Assembly (NCBI GenBank): GCA_002269645.1
Contig: NIVC01000724.1
Coordinates: 1-27,218, forward strand
Direction of reading: 5' to 3'
DNA from: Macrostomum lignano
Taxonomy: Eukaryota
DNA: 27,218 nucleotides
Part shown: positions 23,001-27,218 of the stretch, in pieces
Numbering within the stretch: position 1 is the first letter of the stretch
How the letters are laid out: the number at the start of each line of letters is the position of its first letter
Translations under genes and position numbers: made by a program
The notes under the pieces: generated by a model
The model's database searches: none
The model's input: the letters and a program-made list of their open reading frames with translations, nothing else
What the model was told of the DNA's origin: nothing

Positions 23001-23821
23001 TGTGTAGACACAAACTGTACTGCCTATGGACACAAAATGGTCACAAGCTGTACTGTCTATGGACACAAATGGTCACAAACTGTACTGTCTATGGACACAA
23101 AATGGTCACAAACTGTACTTTTCTATGGACACAAAATGGTCACAAACTGTACTGTCTATGGACACAAATGGTCACAAACTGTACTGTCTATGGACACAAA
23201 ATGGTCACAAACTGTACTGTCTATGGACACAAAATGGTCACAAACTGTATTGTCTATGGACACAAAATGGTCACAAACTGTACTGTCTATGGACACAAAT
23301 GGTCACAAACTGTACTGTCTATGGACACAAATGGTCACAAACTGTACTGTCTATGGACACAAAATGGTCACAAACTGTACTGTCTATGGACACAAAATGG
23401 TCACAAACTGTACTGTCTATGGACACAAAATGGTCACAAACTGTACTGTCTATGGACACAAATGGTCACAAACTGTACTGTCTATGGACACAAATGGTCA
23501 CAAACTGTACTGTCTATGGACACAAAATGGTCACAAACTGTACTGTCTATGGACACAAATGGTCACAAACTGCACTGCCCATCACTCACACGCTCTCGCA
23601 GCCTCCAGACCATCACTAGTTCGCACAATGACCGCAGTCATTGTATGACCCGCCAGCACTCTCCAGTTATTGCTGATCCGCAGTCGAAGTGTCAGGTTGA
23701 TTAAAGAATCGCTCAGCAGGTCGGCCTCAGTCACCACAGCAATCTTCAGCAGCAGGCTGCAGCTGGGATTAAAACTCAGACCCAGTAAGAGAATCAAGGA
23801 AAGTCCTGTGAAACCTGGCAT
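16746..23821 (-). CDS. ionotropic glutamate receptor-family subunit with ATD (divergent, AMPA/kainate-like pore), 12 exons, 836 aa
   Basis: Exons 23821-23590, 22647-22513, 21997-21863, 21781-21396, 20682-20530, 20432-20187, 20103-20033, 19751-19658, 19583-19166, 18563-18358, 17696-17533 and 17016-16746 sum to 2511 nt, with all phases compatible and all introns GT-AG. Motifs: signal peptide, ATD, S1 GHFTMTAARQTVIEFSVPL, M1, FSPF, pore LWSAIGSFMQQG, M3, S2 with both conserved Cys, M4 and a short tail. Confidence 0.93.
17080..17480. repeat. 23-bp minisatellite CCCCCTAATCGACTTCCCTAATT, about 17 copies (iGluR intron 11)
   Basis: Period of 23; two CCCTAA hexamers per canonical unit. Confidence 0.95.
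17533..17696 (-). CDS. iGluR exon 11 (S2, RACIGDYTFL...RSCSEF...)
   Basis: cacag| ... |GTGAGA; 164 nt, phase 0-2. Confidence 0.88.
17826..18310. repeat. degenerate minisatellite of about 23 bp, TGAGATCATGAGAATCTCAGAAC (iGluR intron 10)
   Basis: gagatc at 18121 and 18144; variable insertions between units. Confidence 0.9.
18358..18563 (-). CDS. iGluR exon 10 (M3 end and S2 start, ADLTSHLTVNTVAKSIETLDELVAQ...)
   Basis: tgcag| ... |GTGAGA; 206 nt, phase 1-0; fits the pattern LT...PI.S.EDL..Q. Confidence 0.9.
18625..19085. repeat. 33-bp minisatellite GTGTACACCCCAAAGCATAGATAACTCATTCCC, about 14 copies (iGluR intron 9)
   Basis: 11-aa periodicity (FGVYTGMSYLC) in the track ORF. Confidence 0.95.
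19166..19583 (-). CDS. iGluR exon 9 (S1 end, M1, pore loop, start of M3)
   Basis: tgcag| ... |GTAAGA; 418 nt, phase 0-1; contains TAARQTVIEFS, FSPF, LWSAIGSFMQQG and RTAMAFWWIF. Confidence 0.95.
19658..19751 (-). CDS. iGluR exon 8 (DDNKWGAPLPNSSIFSGCVGELQKG)
   Basis: caag| ... |GTGAGT; 94 nt, phase 2-0; fits the S1 pattern DG.YG...WNGMVGEL. Confidence 0.87.
19835..20012. repeat. 38-bp minisatellite, about 4.7 copies (iGluR intron 7)
   Basis: cagtctc at 19861 and 19899. Confidence 0.95.
20033..20103 (-). CDS. iGluR exon 7 (DSSAKFSGFTASVLNMLAEKMDF)
   Basis: tgtag| ... |GTAAGT; 71 nt, phase 0-2; fits the S1 pattern F.GF..DLL..LA..L.F. Confidence 0.87.
20187..20432 (-). CDS. iGluR exon 6 (ATD end to S1 start, ...FKNETITICAPEAPA)
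   Basis: cacag| ... |GTAAGT; 246 nt, phase 0-0. Confidence 0.87.
20530..20682 (-). CDS. iGluR exon 5 (TLDVRFVEAVEAVAAAL...SCLPLQPWSNGSSVM)
   Basis: cgcag| ... |GTGAGC; 153 nt, phase 0-0; fits the ATD pattern DAV..A.AL...C....PW..G. Confidence 0.85.
21090..21352. repeat. 37-bp minisatellite, about 7 copies (iGluR intron 4)
   Basis: tgcaatc at 21181 and 21218. Confidence 0.95.
21396..21781 (-). CDS. iGluR exon 4 (ATD lower lobe, ...RRLLLLAT...VLGQNYFWLL...)
   Basis: ttag| ... |GTGAGC; 386 nt, phase 1-0; overlaps track ORF 21381..21773. Confidence 0.85.
21863..21997 (-). CDS. iGluR exon 3 (DGSSVLFGMHSSRDFISAAVAAI...AAILFDREQ)
   Basis: cttcag| acceptor; 135 nt, phase 1-1; ILFD matches the ATD ILYD motif. 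The donor GTTGAG is weak. Confidence 0.7.
22212..22410. repeat. 21-bp minisatellite GAATCTCACCTYGAAATYTAA, about 9 copies (iGluR intron 2)
   Basis: Period of 21 (22266, 22287, 22308). Confidence 0.9.
22513..22647 (-). CDS. iGluR exon 2 (LCSERNLSAIIATGRC...LRVPLLAL...)
   Basis: cacag| ... |GTGAGC, 135 nt, phase 1-1; fits the ATD pattern C..GV.AI.G...L.IP. Confidence 0.82.
22660..23575. repeat. compound minisatellite: degenerate 22-bp units grading into homogeneous 32/33-bp units TATGGACACAAA(A)TGGTCACAAACTGTACTGTC (iGluR intron 1)
   Basis: Seen directly; 11-aa periodicity (MVTNCTVYGHK) in the track ORF. Confidence 0.95.
23590..23821 (-). CDS. iGluR exon 1: signal peptide and ATD start (MPGFTGLSLILLLGLSF...)
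   Basis: ATG at 23821, hydrophobic leader, donor GTGAGT, phase 1. Confidence 0.8.
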
Positions 23822-24215
23822 TCTTTTTGGTGATAAGAAATCTTCAAATAATTTCTTCCGCGAATCTATGTCTTTTATATAAAAATGAGAGAAGGCATTT
23901 TCACCTGTTATTGATTTATTGAAGTTAAAAGTTAATAGCTTAATTCTGATTTATTGGCATTGGCAAAGCTCTCTTTCGCCTTACAGACTTTTATTGAATT
24001 ACTTTTTCCTGAAAAAGCATTGAGGGACATGATAAAAGCTTTTAGTTCCACGTGTAATATTGATTTCATTTTTGGTTTGATAAATGCATTTACTTTTACC
24101 GATTAAGTGAACTGACTTAATGGAAATTCGACATTAAGCTAGGACTGATGACAAGCTTCGGATAATTTTCGAAAAACAGCAATATATCGATGTCTTTTAG
24201 CCCAAGAAAGGGGAT

Positions 24216-24660
24216 GTCAACTTAAGCACCAGAATGGAGCCCGAAGTTCAGCTCCGGACCAAACCGACTGCAATCGATAACTTGTCGGCCCAGACGACTA
24301 GAATCGCCGAGACATCCCATCCGGGTCCCTTCCTTGGGGTCCCAGGGGATAAAGGGGATAAAATGGGGATCTCATGTCAACTTAAGCACCAGAATGGAGC
24401 CCGAAGTTCAGCTCCGGACCAAACCGACTGCAATCGATAACTTGTTGGCCCAGACGACTAGAATCGCCGAGACATCCCATCCGGGTCCCTTCCTTGGGGT
24501 CCCAGGGGATAAAGGGGATAAAATGGGGATCTCATGTCAACTTAAGGCTCTGGAATGGAGCCCGAAGTTCAGCTCCGGCCCAAACCGACTGAAATCGATA
24601 ACTTGTCGGCCCAGACGACTAGAATCGCCGAGACATCCCATCCGGCTCCCTTCCTTGGGG
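24216..24660 (+). repeat. 160-bp tandem array, left inverted arm
   Basis: GTCAAC unit starts at 24216, 24376 and 24536. Confidence 0.95.
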
Positions 24661-25545
24661 TGACTGAAACTCCTCTTGCTGGCCGCTAGACTGTTGCTCA
24701 GTAGGCTTCCGCTGCTGTGGTAAAGCATTTTCTCTGGCATAAAGTCTGGCAACAAGGCTGCGTGGAACTTCCAGCTTCCAGCTTTTGCTGATGAGTAGTA
24801 GCCACGAAGAAGTTGCAATCCAGGATCTCTAAAACCAAAGCGATTGTCCGCTGCTGTCACACACTCTAAGAATCACGCGTAGGATTTCGAATTATGGCGC
24901 GAGAAAACGACAGCTAGTAAAATCAAAACGGATGCCACCGACCGAATAGGTTGCTCCAGTTTTCTAACGGCGTCTCTTGCCGAATCTTCCAACACTCCCG
25001 GCGGCTCGGATGTGTAACTCAAAGTCTCTCCAGGAGTCACCTTCGTAGCTACCGAGAACCTCCTTGACACGAATGTTTTGAATGTAATAATCAGCTTGAT
25101 TTAGTTGATACGGACCCACCGAAACCTCTGACAAATTCACTGTGTGAATTCGGGGAACCCCGAGCTTTTTGGATCCAGCGGGTTGACGGCAATCCATGCC
25201 CTTGTGTTAGCAGGGGGGCACGCTTCAGATCACAGTTGAAGTGCAGCTGCTCAATTTCGTCCAGTTCGTTGGACAAGAGCACTCGGCGCATGAAATTCTG
25301 ACCGAATTCGAACAACGATAGCCCTGTCCATGACGGTGGAGCTGTTTAAATGATTCAAAACCTGGATGCGCCCGGTTGTACTTTGCCATCGAGGTCTCGA
25401 TAACAACGTCTAATCGGCTGGGCTTACTGAAGCCGGCTGACGCAGCCACTGATACGGTTTGTGCCTCTCGTTAACACATTAGTCCTGCTTAATGGCAGCA
25501 AAGCAGCACATAGCGGAACATAGTGGCACAGCGGATGTCTCTGCG
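24661..25545 (-). pseudogene. decayed transposase C-terminal fragment (likely DDE_Tnp_4 / PHIS-type, with a degenerate SWIM-like end)
   Basis: Frameshifted fragments occur in colinear order: RDIRCATMFRYV, FMRRVLLSNEL, WIAVNPLDPKSSGFPEFT, LSEVSVGPYQLNQADYY, VFSRHNSKSYA, LRGYYSSAKAG. They resemble the pattern SR.VT..RWVVE...W..ID..FP.LT...L..G.YQLKQA.SY...I.SRH...Y...GWYC.CK.G that I recall from invertebrate DDE+SWIM transposon proteins. Recognised by eye and needs HMM confirmation. Confidence 0.55.
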
Positions 25546-26283
25546 ATTCTTGTCGTCTGGGCCGACAAGTTATCGATTGCAGTCGATTTGGGCCGGAGCT
25601 GAACTTCGGGCTCCATTCCAGAGCCTTAAGTTGACATGAGATCCCCATTTTATCCCCTTTATCCCCTGGGACCCCAAGGAAGGGACCCGGATGGGATGTC
25701 TCGGCGATTCTAGTCGTCTGGGCCGACAAGTTATCGATTGCAGTCGGTTTGGTCCGGAGCTGAACTTCGGGCTCCATTCTGGTGCTTAAGTTGACATGAG
25801 ATCCCCATTTTATCCCCTTTATCCCCTGGGACCCCAAGGAAGGGACCCGGATGGGATGTCTCGGCGATTCTAGTCGTCTGGGCCGACAAGTTATCGATTT
25901 CAGTCGGTTTGGGCCGGAGCTGAACTTCGGGCTCCATTCCAGAGCCTTAAGTTGACATGAGATCCCCATTTTATCCCCTTTATTCCCGGACCCCAAGGAA
26001 GGGACCCGGATGGGATGTCTCGGCGATTCTAGTCGTCTGGGCCGACAAGTTATCGATTGCAGTCGGTTTGGTCCGGAGCTGAACTTCGGGCTCCATTCCA
26101 GAGCCTTAAGTTGACATGAGATCCCCATTTTATCCCCTTTATTCCCTGGGACCCCAAGGAAGGGACCCGGATGGGATGTCTCGGCGATTCTAGTCGTCTG
26201 GGCCGACAAGTTATCGATTGCAGTCGGTTTGGTCCGGAGCTGAACTTCGGGCTCCATTCTGGTGCTTAAGTTGACATTCCCTT
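25533..26283 (-). repeat. 159-161-bp tandem array, right inverted arm
   Basis: GTTGAC at 25630, 25790, 25951, 26110 and 26270; reverse complement of the left-arm unit. Confidence 0.95.
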
Positions 26284-26379
26284 CAAGAAATTCTGCGACC
26301 GTCCCAGAAATGCACAAAATCTTGTGGTCTTCAGTGCCAGTCTTTATTGATCTTGTGGCTTCGAACTTTACATAAAAAA

Positions 26380-27020
26380 TCTCCCGGATGTCACTTGTCT
26401 GGGGTCTTCATGACGTCACATGTCTGGGGACTTCAGGATGTCACATGTTATAGGTCATCAGGACGTCACATGTCTGGGGTCTTCAGGACGTCACATGTCT
26501 GGGGTCTTCAGGACGTCACATGTCTGGAGTCTTCAGGACGTCACATGTCTGGGGTCTTCAGGATGTCACTTGTCTGGGGTCTTCATGACGTCACATATCT
26601 AGGGTCTTCAGGACGTCACATGTCTGGGGACTTCAGGATGTCACATGTTATAGGTCTTCAGGACGTCACATGTCTGGGGTCTTCAGGACGTCACATGTCT
26701 GGAGTCTTCAGGACGTCACATGTCTGGGGTCTTCAGGACGTCACATGTCTGGGGTCTTCAGGACGTCACATGTCTGGGGTCTTCAGGACGTCATATGTCT
26801 GGGGTCTTCAAGACGTCACATGTCTGAGGTCTTCAGGACGTCACTTGTCTGGGGACTTCAGGATGTCACATGTTATAGGGTCTTCAGGATGTCACATGTC
26901 TGGGGTCTTCAGGACGCCTCATGTCTGGGGTCTTCAGGATGTCACATGTCTAGGGTCTTCAGGACGTCGCATGTCTAGGGTATTCAGGCGTTAGGACATC
27001 TTGGGGTCTTCAGGATGTCA
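26380..27020. repeat. 25-bp minisatellite GGACGTCACATGTCTGGGGTCTTCA, about 25 copies
   Basis: ggacg at 26461 and 26486. Confidence 0.97.
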
Positions 27021-27087
27021 CATATTGACCCTTCATCTTAATTTGATTCTTTGATCGGGTAAGTCCTTGAATTTCTTAAGCTCATTG

Positions 27088-27140
27088 ACACTCTACTGTC
27101 GTAGTCTAAAAAACACTCTACTGTCGGTAGTCTAAAAAAC
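27088..27140. repeat. short tandem duplication ACACTCTACTGTC(G)GTAGTCTAAAAA x2
   Basis: Two adjacent copies of about 25 bp that differ by one G. Confidence 0.8.
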
Positions 27141-27218
27141 ATGGACTAGAAACCGTTTTAAAGTAAATGCTAAAGTAAAAGTTTTATCTTAAATAAAACG
27201 GATGTGAAGTAGAACTCG

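Larger units (their letters stand above)
24208..26283 (-). mobile_element. non-autonomous foldback-like DNA transposon with long inverted arms built from 160-bp tandem units
   Basis: The left arm (24208-24660, about 2.8 units, + orientation) and right arm (25533-26283, about 4.7 units, inverted) share the same unit. The termini AAGGG(G/A)ATGTCAACTTAAGCACCAG differ by 1 nt. CAAGA flanks both ends, and a decayed transposase-like sequence lies between the arms. Confidence 0.75.

Noticed and set aside
24216-24375. Idea that the 160-bp arm unit is amplified transposase coding sequence (DKGDK similar to DRGF) or a tRNA-derived SINE (GTTCAGCTCC similar to a B box)
   Set aside because: No frame gives a continuous catalytic-domain match, the frame joining the relic contains stops, the B-box match is imperfect, and no A box is visible.
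25424-26317. 297-aa minus-strand ORF read as an intact transposase
   Set aside because: It is almost entirely a translation of the tandem arm units.
17080-27020. Regularly spaced 21-38 bp repeats as CRISPR arrays
   Set aside because: The units are head-to-tail with no unique spacers, there are no cas genes, and they lie in spliceosomal introns.

Overview
Eukaryotic (metazoan) genomic DNA with two intron-containing genes on the minus strand and very dense micro- and minisatellites. The style (GC-rich Ala/Ser-rich exons, long GACA/GATA arrays, 20-40 bp minisatellites in introns) fits a free-living flatworm such as Macrostomum, but this is inference only. (1) 1..12422 (-): 5' part of a BCL11/CTIP-like zinc-finger transcription factor. 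Exon 1 (12422-12311) encodes the NuRD-recruiting motif MASRRKQDRPTQL. A 159-bp exon (1338-1180) follows, then an exon (425-<1) with the BCL11-type finger CQSCKATFYSAWRLMQHAQYQH, which carries an apparent 1-nt frameshift. (2) 16746..23821 (-): a complete 12-exon, 2511-nt (836 aa) ionotropic glutamate receptor-family gene that I assembled by hand from GT-AG junctions with consistent phases. It has a signal peptide, ATD, S1, M1-M3, S2 and M4, and its gating motif is strongly degenerate (AFTADLTSH in place of SYTANLAAF). (3) 24208..26283: a foldback-like DNA element whose long inverted arms are tandem arrays of a 160-bp unit. The arms enclose a decayed transposase fragment, and the element sits about 390 bp upstream of the receptor ATG. 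Most long ORFs in the supplied track are artefacts of tandem repeats. I found no rRNA, tRNA or CRISPR.
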